Shown in pieces: positions 19,612 through 29,700 of a DNA stretch of 50,014 nucleotides. The translations under genes and the position numbers were made by a program. The notes beneath the pieces were generated by a model. That model was given only the letters and a program-made list of their open reading frames with translations, did no database searches and was not told the origin of the DNA. Source of the stretch: a virus (Duplodnaviria; Caudoviricetes); the IMG/VR virus record IMGVR_UViG_3300037044_000250, positions 1 through 50,014 of that record; one strand, written 5' to 3'. Each line of letters begins with the position of its first letter. Within the stretch, counting starts at the first letter, position 1.

Positions 19612-20055
19612 TTAAGCATATGGGTCGTTTATTTTCGAAAAGTATTTGATCGTGAAATTCGCTGTGACCGAAACTGAATCATTCTTCGTGTACTCGTTTG
19701 TACCGCCGGAGGTGTATGCTATTTCTTCAACAATGGGTGTAATCGACGCGCCCATGAAAGCTTGCCGCATATCCCCGAGCATCTGCTCCGCAAGAACTGA
19801 GGGGTTTATTATTCCGGTTAAAGCGACAGATTCAGCTCGAAGCGGCATTGTGCAGAGGTATTCTCCGCCTCCGACTCGCTCCGCTGTTTCGGAAAACGGG
19901 TAGACGATACATGCCGGCAGCCTCGATGGATCTATTTTTGATATCGCGCGGAAGGTGTTCAGCCCCATATCCGTGTTAAATCCATTTGCCGTGGTGATGG
20001 ATGCCGTGCGAATAAGGCATGCTTGAATGATCAGTTCACGTTTTGTGTCAGACAT
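19612..20055 (-). CDS. tail terminator-like protein
   Basis: KRELIIQA...ITTANGFNTDMG...LPACIVYP; position. Confidence 0.65.
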   Translation of the reverse strand: MSDTKRELIIQACLIRTASITTANGFNTDMGLNTFRAISKIDPSRLPACIVYPFSETAERVGGGEYLCTMPLRAESVALTGIINPSVLAEQMLGDMRQAFMGASITPIVEEIAYTSGGTNEYTKNDSVSVTANFTIKYFSKINDPYA

Positions 20056-20677
20056 TTGCGAAAACCTCTTCAACGGCTTTTTTGTAACCCGTGATAACGG
20101 CTTCGGCGCCGTCTTCCGTTATCGGATCGATAAAATAAGGTTGCGCCTGGATGTCCTGGATACGAACGGTTTGCAGGCGTTCTATGGGGTATCTGAGAGA
20201 TATGGCCTTCGCTACGTATTTCATCCATGCGTAAACGCGGCTGGCGGCTTCGCCCCCTTTGTTTTTTTGACGGCCGTACATATGGCCTTTTGAAACAAAA
20301 ACATGTCTGAATTCATGTGTAACGCCATCTTTAAATATCTGGACGTTTATCGGTTTCGGGTGCCGCCAGTCCCATCCTGCGGCGTCGATGGCAAAATCGA
20401 TCAACGCGATCGGATTCCCTTTTGAGATGATCTCCGCCTTGTATCCGTCAAGGGTTTCAGTGTCGGGTATTGTCGTTTCGATCTCGGAACGGACACGCAG
20501 CTCATCGACATTCAGCGTATTGACGGTTTCAGTAATAATATCTTTTTGGGTTTGCACTGCGCCTTCGGCGATTGATGTGCAGGCGTGCGTGGGCAGATAC
20601 GATTTCAACAGTTGCAGTGTTGCGATCGCATCATCAAAGGAAGCCCTGTCAATCTTTATGGTAAAGCTATCACTCAC
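20048..20677 (-). CDS. neck / minor tail protein (gpZ-like)
   Basis: AEIISKGNPIALIDF...FRHVFV...RYPIERL; position. Confidence 0.55.
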   Translation of the reverse strand: MSDSFTIKIDRASFDDAIATLQLLKSYLPTHACTSIAEGAVQTQKDIITETVNTLNVDELRVRSEIETTIPDTETLDGYKAEIISKGNPIALIDFAIDAAGWDWRHPKPINVQIFKDGVTHEFRHVFVSKGHMYGRQKNKGGEAASRVYAWMKYVAKAISLRYPIERLQTVRIQDIQAQPYFIDPITEDGAEAVITGYKKAVEEVFANV

Positions 20678-20984
20678 AGACCACCGCCTTAACAACGTAA
20701 CCGTCATTGTTCATAATGGACTGTACGGCGTACGGGGTACCGTCGATCGTAAAGGTTTCTCCGACCATGGCCTCACGCGCCAGGTCCGCAAGAGAATATT
20801 CGATGGTTTTCACCTGTAGCCATGTTTGGGACATGCCGGAAGGCTGCATCTGCATCGATTCGGTAAACAGCACCTTGAAGCTGGATGGCTCGCCGTTTAA
20901 TGGGGTAAATACGGCATCCACTCCCCCGAGTTTTGCCAATACATCCTTCCAAAGTCTGTTTTGCAGTGTGTCGAAGTCAGTCAT
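20670..20984 (-). CDS. head-tail joining protein (gpFII-like)
   Basis: GETFTIDGTPYAVQSIMNNDG; follows the capsid gene. Confidence 0.65.
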   Translation of the reverse strand: MTDFDTLQNRLWKDVLAKLGGVDAVFTPLNGEPSSFKVLFTESMQMQPSGMSQTWLQVKTIEYSLADLAREAMVGETFTIDGTPYAVQSIMNNDGYVVKAVVCE

Positions 20985-21079
20985 TCAATAAATAGCCTAT
21001 CGCCTATAACCTGGCCTGATATATGTCAAAATCACCCATTTTTAGGGGAATCGCTATCCCCCCCAACACAACCATTCAA

Positions 21080-21228
21080 GGCTTCGTAAAAAGCCCGCAG
21101 GCAAGGCGCGCGCACCGGAGCTTTCGGCGACAACCCCTGAGGAGTGAGGCGTACTTTTGTACGCCGCAACGCGTTCGATAGTTGAGCTTGTTACCAGGCA
21201 ACGCAGCATCCGGGCTTTTTACGAAGCC
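21080..21228. repeat. palindromic MITE/REP-like element, copy 3
   Basis: GGCTTCGTAAAAAGCCCG ... CGGGCTTTTTACGAAGCC with the shared core. Confidence 0.88.
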
Positions 21229-21229
21229 G

Positions 21230-22237
21230 CTACGCCACCAGTTTGACCAGCACCCCCGGCCTGAAACACATCGGAAGTGGGTTGGACTGCATGTGTAAAT
21301 TGATACCGCGATTGTACGATCGGTCTTCCTGTTTTGCGTAAAGCGGTATCCCTACGGTATTTACGGTTTCCAGAAAATCGGCCGGTGCATATATGGTTTT
21401 AAAGGTGTCCATCGTTCCCTGGGGGTAGCAATGCCCTTCACCGTCAGTTATAAATTTTCTGGTTGCTCCAGTGGCATCCGTAGCCGTGCCGCGGTATTCT
21501 TCAAAAATAATCCCGCCATAGGAAAACCCCTTTCGAATGTCTCCGCCAATGACTTGTACGGCCAGGGCAGTATTGTCGAAAGTGGCCTTGACGTTCGCAT
21601 GCCCGGTCAGCGCATCAAAAAAGTCGGCGGATACAAGCGCTCGCGGCTGGGTCATTACTTCACCTCGGAGATTGTCTTCAATAAGACGAAGCACTTGCAT
21701 GCATTTGGCCCGGACATCGGTTGTGGGTGTTGTCAAATCAAAATCAACGTAATTCTGATCAATCCCGAATTCCGTATAAAGATTGTACAGAAGGGTTCCG
21801 TCAGCATCCAGAATGATCCCTTTCAGCGCCCCCATCCGCAAATGCTCCAGGGTAATCGCGTACTTGTTTTTGGCCGATTGCATATGGCTGTTGATGATGC
21901 TGGCCAATGTCTGTGCCTGGTTCTCTGTTCCGAACTCACGGACAGCTTCAAACTCGGAAGCCAGGATAATATCGCTCAGGGGGATATGGGGGACGCTGAA
22001 CGCCCTGACTTTCCTTTTGCCCATTCTGTTCTGCTGTTCGGGCGCGCCGACCGGCATCGTTGATAACAGGTTAAGCACCCCGTTTTGCTCCTCTACCAGC
22101 GCCACACGGGTTGTAATCCCCTTATCGGGGAAAACGTCCAACTCTCTCAGTCTGCCGTAATTGTTCGGAAGGATATTGATTGCATTCGTAAGCGAGACCA
22201 AGTTAAATGCATCTGTATCAAAAGGGTTAAGCAGCAT
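21230..22237 (-). CDS. major capsid protein (lambda gpE family)
   Basis: FNLVSLTNAINILP, TLEHLRMGALKGIILDADG, LYNLYTEFG, QSNPLPMCFRP. Confidence 0.93.
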   Translation of the reverse strand: MLLNPFDTDAFNLVSLTNAINILPNNYGRLRELDVFPDKGITTRVALVEEQNGVLNLLSTMPVGAPEQQNRMGKRKVRAFSVPHIPLSDIILASEFEAVREFGTENQAQTLASIINSHMQSAKNKYAITLEHLRMGALKGIILDADGTLLYNLYTEFGIDQNYVDFDLTTPTTDVRAKCMQVLRLIEDNLRGEVMTQPRALVSADFFDALTGHANVKATFDNTALAVQVIGGDIRKGFSYGGIIFEEYRGTATDATGATRKFITDGEGHCYPQGTMDTFKTIYAPADFLETVNTVGIPLYAKQEDRSYNRGINLHMQSNPLPMCFRPGVLVKLVA

Positions 22238-22257
22238 TTTCGTACTCCTTATGATTT

Positions 22258-22329
22258 GGGTCATAGGTAATGGGCTATAGGTAAGGATGGTTTTTTACCC
22301 ATGACCCATCACCTATTACCCATCGCCTG
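22258..22329. repeat. heptamer-repeat hairpin (GGTNATR/TTACCCA)
   Basis: GGTCATA GGTAATG GGCTATA GGTAAGG ... TTACCCA TGACCCA TCACCTA TTACCCA. Confidence 0.75.
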
Positions 22330-22335
22330 TTTTGT

Positions 22336-23247
22336 TTAAACATCCGTTCTGGTAACAATCCCCGCGTTCACCAATTGTGTCAGTGCGGCAGCCTTTTGGG
22401 CATCCGAAGCGCCTGCCGGCCAAGTCAGATAATCGGCAACGATTTGCGCATCACGGACAATTGCAACCGCCTGCCTGTCAGGGCTATAAGCCGATGTGTC
22501 GCTGCCGATCGTACAGATATTGGTCTGCCGGATGCTGTTCAGGTTTTCAGGCTGGAAAGTTCCCTCCTGGTTGTCGAGAATGAGGATGCCTGCCGCAGTA
22601 CCCGCAACAAAGGTTCCGGAATCCAGGGTATATGCAACAACTTGCGCCGTCGCGCCGCTTATTGCACCGGTCAAAGTTTCGCCGGCCAGCAGCTCAGCAA
22701 CGCCACCCGAGGTGTAGGCAACCTGTTTCTGGGTCGAATTTGTCGTATCCGCCCCGGCAGTCAAAATGCCGTGAGCTTCCTGAGACCCATCGATCCCGGT
22801 AAGATTGAGCTCTCTGACTTTTCCGGAACCGGCCGGCACCGTAATGGTGAAAGAATCGCCGAGGGCAAAGTCCGTGGCGCCATCGGCGAGGGTAAAATTG
22901 ATCGCCGGGTTGGTATAAGCGCCCATCACGGCATCCGGCAATGCTTCGCCATCCGGGTCCCGGACCGAAAAAATGCCGCCATTGGCAGCCACCCCGACGC
23001 ATCGCAGGGTATAAACGCCGGTTTTGGTTTTGGCGCCGCCGGTTACGGAAATGCAGGTGCCGTTTCCGGTGTTGCTTCCGGCAGTGCCGGTCGTGGGCAC
23101 CGTTCCGATTTTAATCTTCCCGATCACAGACCCCATGACAAGGTCCTGTCCGGCCAATACGGTGACTTGCTCGCGGGAGTGGTTGTTTTCCATTTCCCAT
23201 TTAAGCAAATCGTTAAGGTATGTTCCTTCAGTCAATACAGTCGGCAT
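22336..23247 (-). CDS. head decoration protein (gpD-like) with two inserted domains
   Basis: SREQVTVLAGQDLVMGSVIGKI, DGSQEAHGIL, AVAIVRDAQIV...LTWP...QKAAALTQL. Confidence 0.85.
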   Translation of the reverse strand: MPTVLTEGTYLNDLLKWEMENNHSREQVTVLAGQDLVMGSVIGKIKIGTVPTTGTAGSNTGNGTCISVTGGAKTKTGVYTLRCVGVAANGGIFSVRDPDGEALPDAVMGAYTNPAINFTLADGATDFALGDSFTITVPAGSGKVRELNLTGIDGSQEAHGILTAGADTTNSTQKQVAYTSGGVAELLAGETLTGAISGATAQVVAYTLDSGTFVAGTAAGILILDNQEGTFQPENLNSIRQTNICTIGSDTSAYSPDRQAVAIVRDAQIVADYLTWPAGASDAQKAAALTQLVNAGIVTRTDV

Positions 23248-23292
23248 GTTCGTTCTCCTTATTGTTCAAAGCGTTACTTGCATCCCAATGTG

Positions 23293-24582
23293 TTATCTGT
23301 TACCTGCACCCTGCGCCCTCATACCTGCCCCCTGTTTTTCAGCACGTTTTTTCGCATCAGCCAAAAGCGGATTGCTTTCACTTGATGCCAGTGGCCCGAT
23401 AGTGGATATAATAGGCGTTTGCGCTGCCGCTTTGGCCTTGGCGTCAAGAATAGCGCTTTTTGCCTCATCGAGCGTCAGTCCATCACGGATCATGGGGCCT
23501 GCAAGTTCCGGCATTCCCGCGACGTCGCATATTTCCACAATGTCTCCCGCCCCGGCAGTCGGGGTCACAGCGCCCGGGTCAGCGGTGTCGGGCGGATCGA
23601 CCACCGGCGCCGGCTCGATCAATCGTGCCTCGATCCCTTCCAGGACGTGACATTGCTCCTCAAGCATCTTTTTTACTTCAGACATGCTTTCCGCCAATGC
23701 ATGGGTAATGAAATCCTTCACTTCGTTGAAATTCATAGTCATGTCTCCTTTGCTTGAACTCATTTTTGTCATGATATCCCTTGCCGACAAAATACCATCC
23801 GCCAGGCCTGCCGCCACTGCATCATCGCCCATATAAAAGCCTGCCTGCGTAGCAATCACTGCCGCTTGCTTCATGCATCTGTTTCGCGCAACCGTTGCAG
23901 TAAGTAGGTCGTAGATCTTATCGACGTGGGCTTGCAGCACTTCCTTGCCATCGGCTTTCAACGTCTCATGTGGGTTGTAGTCATTTTTGTGATCACCGGC
24001 AAAAATGGCGGTATAATGAAGTCCCAGGTTCTTGTCGTAACCGCTTTGGTCAATATGTATGGCGATAACCCCGATCGAACCGACCTGCGCAGTTGTTGGC
24101 AGGTAAACTTCATCCGCCGCGGAAGCAATCGTATAAGCAGCCGAAAAAGCCGCTTCATCAGCAACGGCGATGATGGGCTTGGTTCCCCTTGCATGGTAGA
24201 TTTCATCCACCAAATCAAAAAGGCCCGCAACTTCACCACCCGGGGAATCTATGAGAAACAAAATGCCTTCAGCACGTTCATCGGCCATCGCCGCCCGGAA
24301 ACTGTCGCGAATATCCAGATATGATGTGGTCCACCAACTGTACGCGCGATATGTCAGCCCGCCTGAAATCTCGATCAGGGCAATGCCGTCAATGATCGCG
24401 TATCCTGCATCCACAAACACAACCTCATTTTCAAAATTGGCCAGCGCCTGTAACTTGTCGGTGCTCTTACCAGCAGCCGGTTCCTTTGATGTGATACCCG
24501 CCGTTATTGCAGAAAGAATTTCATCAACAGCTTGCGGCGCCACCATGAGCGCTGCATTAAAAAGTCTGGTCGGTATTTCCAC
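23293..24582 (-). CDS. prohead protease/scaffold (S49 peptidase, gpC-like)
   Basis: IDSPGGEV, AFSAAYTIASAAD, GSIGVIAIH; GTG start after AGGAGG. Confidence 0.92.
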   Translation of the reverse strand: MEIPTRLFNAALMVAPQAVDEILSAITAGITSKEPAAGKSTDKLQALANFENEVVFVDAGYAIIDGIALIEISGGLTYRAYSWWTTSYLDIRDSFRAAMADERAEGILFLIDSPGGEVAGLFDLVDEIYHARGTKPIIAVADEAAFSAAYTIASAADEVYLPTTAQVGSIGVIAIHIDQSGYDKNLGLHYTAIFAGDHKNDYNPHETLKADGKEVLQAHVDKIYDLLTATVARNRCMKQAAVIATQAGFYMGDDAVAAGLADGILSARDIMTKMSSSKGDMTMNFNEVKDFITHALAESMSEVKKMLEEQCHVLEGIEARLIEPAPVVDPPDTADPGAVTPTAGAGDIVEICDVAGMPELAGPMIRDGLTLDEAKSAILDAKAKAAAQTPIISTIGPLASSESNPLLADAKKRAEKQGAGMRAQGAGNR

Positions 24583-26044
24583 TGCTATTTCCTCCTGTTG
24601 CTCCCATCGTTGTCCTTGCGTCCGAATCAAACACAAGGCCGGCCGTATCCGCCCGCTCATTGTCCGCGTGAATTTCTTCCTCAAGCGCTTCAACGTCCAA
24701 TCCCCGCTCAGCCACTTCTTGTGTCCGGGAAGAAAAACCGGAGCGGACAAGACCGGTGGATGCCTTCAAGTCCTTAAGGGGGTCAACCCACGGCCAACCG
24801 TCAATCGTCCATTTGATCCGCATATATGACTTCGGGTCTTTGGCATAACCCGGCAGACGCATGGCATTCGACAGCTCAACCTGGGAAAGCCAATACCTGG
24901 CAACCGGTCTGCAGATCTGATATGCCATGACATTGAAAATAAACTGCTTGCATTGCCGTTGGAATTCCAGGTTCCCGGCACGGATAGAGGAATACGTCAC
25001 TCCGGACAGATCACCGGTAAACTTTTCATATGTCAGTCCGCCGATGCCCCGCGCCGCCCGCTGCTCCTGATGCTTGACAAAAGAGCCATAATTGCCGCCG
25101 ACATCGGCCGGTTCCGAAAACGTTACATTGTATCCGGGAGGAAGCGATGGAAACGTGCCTGGCTCCATCTGGATAACGGGAGAACCGGTTTCATCGGCGT
25201 CCCCCTCGTTTCCAAAGAGCGGGGGCATGTTCCCCTCTTCCGAAGGCTGGGTGATAAACCCCCCGAACATGGCAGCGGTTTTCTTCCTGACAAGTTCCGC
25301 GTCGTTGAATTGGTTAAGCTCATGCATGGTCAGGATCAAGGAAGCGAGCCACGGCCGCCCGCGCTGCTGCCCGGGGCGAAGCGGTTGGAATGAATGCAGT
25401 ATCTCAGGTGCCGGAATCCGAACCCGATCATATGTGTTGATACGGGTCAGGAAAGTCTCGCCTGGATGTTCCCTGAACATCCAGTACGCCTTGCGTTGAC
25501 CCGTCTTGTCAAACTCGATCCCCATGCGAATTTCATTGCCGTTGGGGGCAACCGTATTGTAATTGTGGTCCAGGTGATCCGCTTCCAGTATCTGTAATTG
25601 CAGCGGCACCATAAGACCGTTGCCCGGTCGCTTCGGACAGAACCGAATGAAAACCTCTCCGGATTCAATAATCGCCCGCGCAGCAAGCGTCTGAAGTCCG
25701 TAAAAATCAAGCAGCCTATCCGTGTCCGCTTCCTGGGTCCAGTCAGACCAGAGTTGCTGTAACCCCTTTTTGAGCTTGCTATTGGAAAGCTGCCAGCGGG
25801 GGGAGATCCCCATCCCGACGATATTGGACACCAGACAATCAAGGGCTCCGCATATCTGGGGATCGTTTCGTGACAGCTCGCGGGATCGCGAACGGAGATT
25901 CCCGAGGGACGTGTACAATGTGCTGTTCGGTCCTGACGTGGATGTGCCCCAGTTAGACAGGCGCCGGCCGTTCCCTGCTCCCTCAAAAGCGGTATACGCG
26001 CGGATCTTGCGGCCCGAGGCATCCAATATCTTCAGATAGGCCAT
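24557..26044 (-). CDS. portal protein, lambda family
   Basis: LRSRSRELSRND, PLQLQILEADHL, RPGQQRGRP, YSSIRAG, WPWVDPLKD. Confidence 0.95.
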   Translation of the reverse strand: MAYLKILDASGRKIRAYTAFEGAGNGRRLSNWGTSTSGPNSTLYTSLGNLRSRSRELSRNDPQICGALDCLVSNIVGMGISPRWQLSNSKLKKGLQQLWSDWTQEADTDRLLDFYGLQTLAARAIIESGEVFIRFCPKRPGNGLMVPLQLQILEADHLDHNYNTVAPNGNEIRMGIEFDKTGQRKAYWMFREHPGETFLTRINTYDRVRIPAPEILHSFQPLRPGQQRGRPWLASLILTMHELNQFNDAELVRKKTAAMFGGFITQPSEEGNMPPLFGNEGDADETGSPVIQMEPGTFPSLPPGYNVTFSEPADVGGNYGSFVKHQEQRAARGIGGLTYEKFTGDLSGVTYSSIRAGNLEFQRQCKQFIFNVMAYQICRPVARYWLSQVELSNAMRLPGYAKDPKSYMRIKWTIDGWPWVDPLKDLKASTGLVRSGFSSRTQEVAERGLDVEALEEEIHADNERADTAGLVFDSDARTTMGATGGNSSGNTDQTF

Positions 26045-26277
26045 TAAACCCCCTTGCGCGTTGATATTCGGAAGTGCCGTGGTCTACTGTTCAAGGCGTT
26101 TATCTCCGCGATGAGACTGGACTTGTAATCCTGCAAGTCCCCGAGCTTGGCTTGACCATATTCAGCCATACGGTCGCCGTTTGAGATGCGGATTACGCGT
26201 TCCCCCGACATCAGCTTTGCAATGGCTTCATCTACAGCCGTCAGTAAAACAGTCAACTCTGTTAGTGTCTGTGCCAT
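26044..26277 (-). CDS. head completion protein gpW-like
   Basis: AIAKLMSGERVIRISNGDRMAEY...L; directly upstream of the portal. Confidence 0.85.
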   Translation of the reverse strand: MAQTLTELTVLLTAVDEAIAKLMSGERVIRISNGDRMAEYGQAKLGDLQDYKSSLIAEINALNSRPRHFRISTRKGV

Positions 26278-26719
26278 GGCGGTATTAATGCAAAATTTTT
26301 TCAGGGACGCAAGTTGAGCACCGTACACAGTTCGCAGTATTCGCTTAAAATGCAGGAAAAGGGGGTTTTGTGTGAAGGAAGAAGGAAGTGCGATATTTGC
26401 GAATATCGGATGCTTTCGGGGGAGGCGGTTAGGAAGGTAAGTTATCGGTTATAATGAAAAAATAAGGCAATCTGGGGGCTTGGTGCAAGTAGGGCACCCG
26501 TAAGGATTTGATGGGTTGAAAGGACCCATTTTTTACGTGAAATGAGGGTAAAATGACATGAAAAATGGAAAAAAAAGAAGAGGAAAAGCGTGAATGTCGA
26601 TAGTTGATGATTGATGATGTTAGATGTAAAGTGGGAAAGTGTGACAAGCTGGATGAATTTGTGAGAAACCCAGGTGCAGCTCCACATGATGTACCATGGA
26701 TGCAATCTGAACGGAAGGG

Positions 26720-29700
26720 ATATGGCGTCACGCCCCTTGCAAAAAAAGCCGCAAGGGTCGCGCCGCTGGGTCGTGTGGTGCAAGCCCGGGGGTGTGCTCC
26801 TGGAGTCGCCTTCGGCTCCACCACGAAGCGGATAAAAGCGTTTGATATTTGATGGTGGCAGTTTGGACGTGAGGATGCCGGCGTCACGCCCCTTGCAAAA
26901 AAGCAAGGGTCGCGCCGCTGGGTCATGCTGTGCTTACCCGTTGTTTCTCTCCAGGTGTCGCCTTCGGCTCCATCCTGAAAGGGTAAAGGCATTTGATATT
27001 TGATGTCTAAGCTCCCCGTGAGGTGCTGGCGTCACGCCCCTTGCAGAAAAGCACGCAAGGGTCGCGCCGCTGGGCCATTCAGTGGTTCGCCCGGTATCTG
27101 CTGGCGGTGTCGCTTCGCTCCGTAAAAGGATAAAAGCATTTGATGTTTGATGGTGGCGCCTGGACAAGAGCGCAGGCGGCATGGCCCTTGCAAAAAACCG
27201 CAAGGGCCATGCCGCTGTCCGCGCTTTGGTTCTCGCCACGGTACAACAAAAGCAAAAACAAAAGCCTGTTTCTGTTCGTACTGTTGTTCTGGGTCGTCTG
27301 TTTGTGCTTTTCCGCCACTAGCGCCCCCGCGCGCGTGTTTTATTGTTGGTGGATGCGGGTTTGCATCTGGTGGTGGATATGGTAGTGGTACTACGTGTTT
27401 TGGCTATACGGCTTAATGACATGGGCGTTCCGGCTTCGCCGTCGGGTGTCTTCCGGCTCCGCTTCGCTCCGGTCCCGCCAAAAAACCGGCGGGACTTCCC
27501 TTCAGCCCCCCTAACGCTCGCGGGCCGGTGACGCTATCGGATTCGTGCCCGCGCTCCACATGGGGTGGTTTTGAGGTGCCGTTCGGCCGGTCACTCCCCA
27601 AAAGCGGTCGTGACCGGCCTCAAGGCCACTTTCCTGAAATCGCCACGGAAAAGCCCGGACGCCACGTGCAGTGCCGTTCAGGCGGGCACTCCGCTGCGCT
27701 ACGTGACCACCTTCATGTTGACTATCGGGGAACGCCACGAAAAAGTCCGCATGCCACGTGTGGTGCTGACCGGCGCTCCCCAAAAAGCCGGGGAGCGCCT
27801 AGGCGACGACCTTTTAAACCGACATGAGAAAAGCAAGCGAGGAGGGGCCGGACACTCCGCTACGCTACGTGACCGGCTTCGACATTATTTGATAAAAAGC
27901 CGCCATGCCACTTTCGGGGTTGGCCGCCGCTCCCTGCAAAGGCCAGGGAGCGGCTAGGCGACGACCTTTTCAACCTGGACGGAAAAGCAAAAGCACGCTG
28001 AATCACTGACGGTGCCGACCGACGTGTCCGGACAAAAATCTGCCCGGCCACACTTCGACCTCTTTGGGCGAAATGCGTTCATTCAAAGCGCCAGGAGTCG
28101 CGCGGCCTATGCAAAGTTGCGATGGCTTTGCTGAGGCCGCGCTCCGTCTTTATTTGATAAAAGCAACAGAACAAGGAAGTCGGGCGGCCACATCGCAATT
28201 GAAATGGTTGCTCAGCGGCCGCCCTCCATCTTTATCTGATAATGCCCACCACACCACCCACAGCGGATGGGCGCGGCAGCCGGGGCGGACGCTCCGCGGC
28301 TGGAAATGCCGCCTCCGCACGCGCCCCGACAGCCGCTTGTCCTATTTGATAAAAGCGGGAGCAGTCCATACGTTGGGCGCATGTGGTCCGGTCCCGAAAA
28401 GCACGGGACCGGACCACAGACGACCTATTGAGGAATGCGAACAAAATAAACAGCCGCACTTTGGACGGCCTCCGCGCCCCCTGACGGGAGCGCTCCAGCG
28501 AGTTTCTATCCAAGTTACTGGGGGTCAACCCACAAAAAAAACAGCCGCTGCCTGGGAGTAGGTGCATGTGGTCCGCTCCCTAAAAAAAGTTGCTTGTTCT
28601 TGCGAAGCAAGCCAGGGAGCGGACCACAGATGTTCTATCGGGGAACACGGCAAAAAAAGCAGACTTGCTTCGCAGATCAAGAAGGACGTGGAGTGCACGC
28701 CGGAGCGCTCCCAAAAAGCAGGGAGCGCTCCGGCGACGACCTATTGGGGCGCTCAAACAAAAAGAAAAACAGCAGGCTCCCCAGCCGGGTGCTGGCCGGC
28801 GCTCCCCAAAAAAGCCGGGGAGCGCCTAGGCGATGACCTTTTAAACCGACATGAGAAAAGCAAGCGAGGAGGGGCCGGACACTCCGCGAAAAGCCTACAT
28901 GACCGGCCCCGACATTATTTTGATAAAAGCCGTAGCGCCACATATGGTGTTGACCGGCGCTCCCTGCAAGGGCCAGGGAGCGCCTAGTAGACGACCTTTT
29001 CAGTTTGGACGAAAAAGTAAAAAGGAGGCGCTGGACACTCCGCTCCGCTACGTGACCGGCTTCAACATTATTTGATAAAAAGCTGCCATGCCGCGTTCGG
29101 TGCTGACCGCCGCTCCCTGCAAGGGCCAGGGAGCGGCTAGGCTACGACCTTTTCATTCTGGACGAAAAAACAAAAGCACGCTGAGTCACTGACGGTGCCG
29201 ATCGGCGCGCCCGGACAAAAATATGCCCGGCCGCACCTCGACAAATTTGGGAAAAGTACATTCATTCAAAGCGCCAGGAGTCGCGCGGCCTATGCAAAAT
29301 TGAAATGGTTTTGCTGAGGCCGCGCTCCGTCCTTATCTGATAATGCCCACCCACCACCCACTGCGGATGGGCGCGGATGGGCGCGGCAGCCGGGGCGGAC
29401 GCTCCGCGCTGAAAATGCCGCCTCCGCACCCGCCCCGACAGCCGCTGAATCAATTTGATAAAAGCGGGAGCATTTCGGACGTGTGGCGCAGTGCAACCCG
29501 GTCACTCCGCAAGGGCCTACGTGACCGGGTTGCATTCCGACGTGGAGAGGAGCGACGAGAAAAAACCGCACCCGGTATGTTCGGTGCAGCCGAAGCGCTC
29601 CCCAAAAAACCGGGGAGCGCTTCGGCGACGACCTTTCAGGAAATTCGAACGAAAAACAGAGGTGCAGTCCGACGTGCGGTTCTGATCGCCGCTCCCCAAA

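Noticed and set aside
22375-23385. 336-aa + strand ORF (also 4760..5506, 9449..10258, 10568..11347)
   Set aside because: Antisense shadows of well-supported minus-strand phage genes
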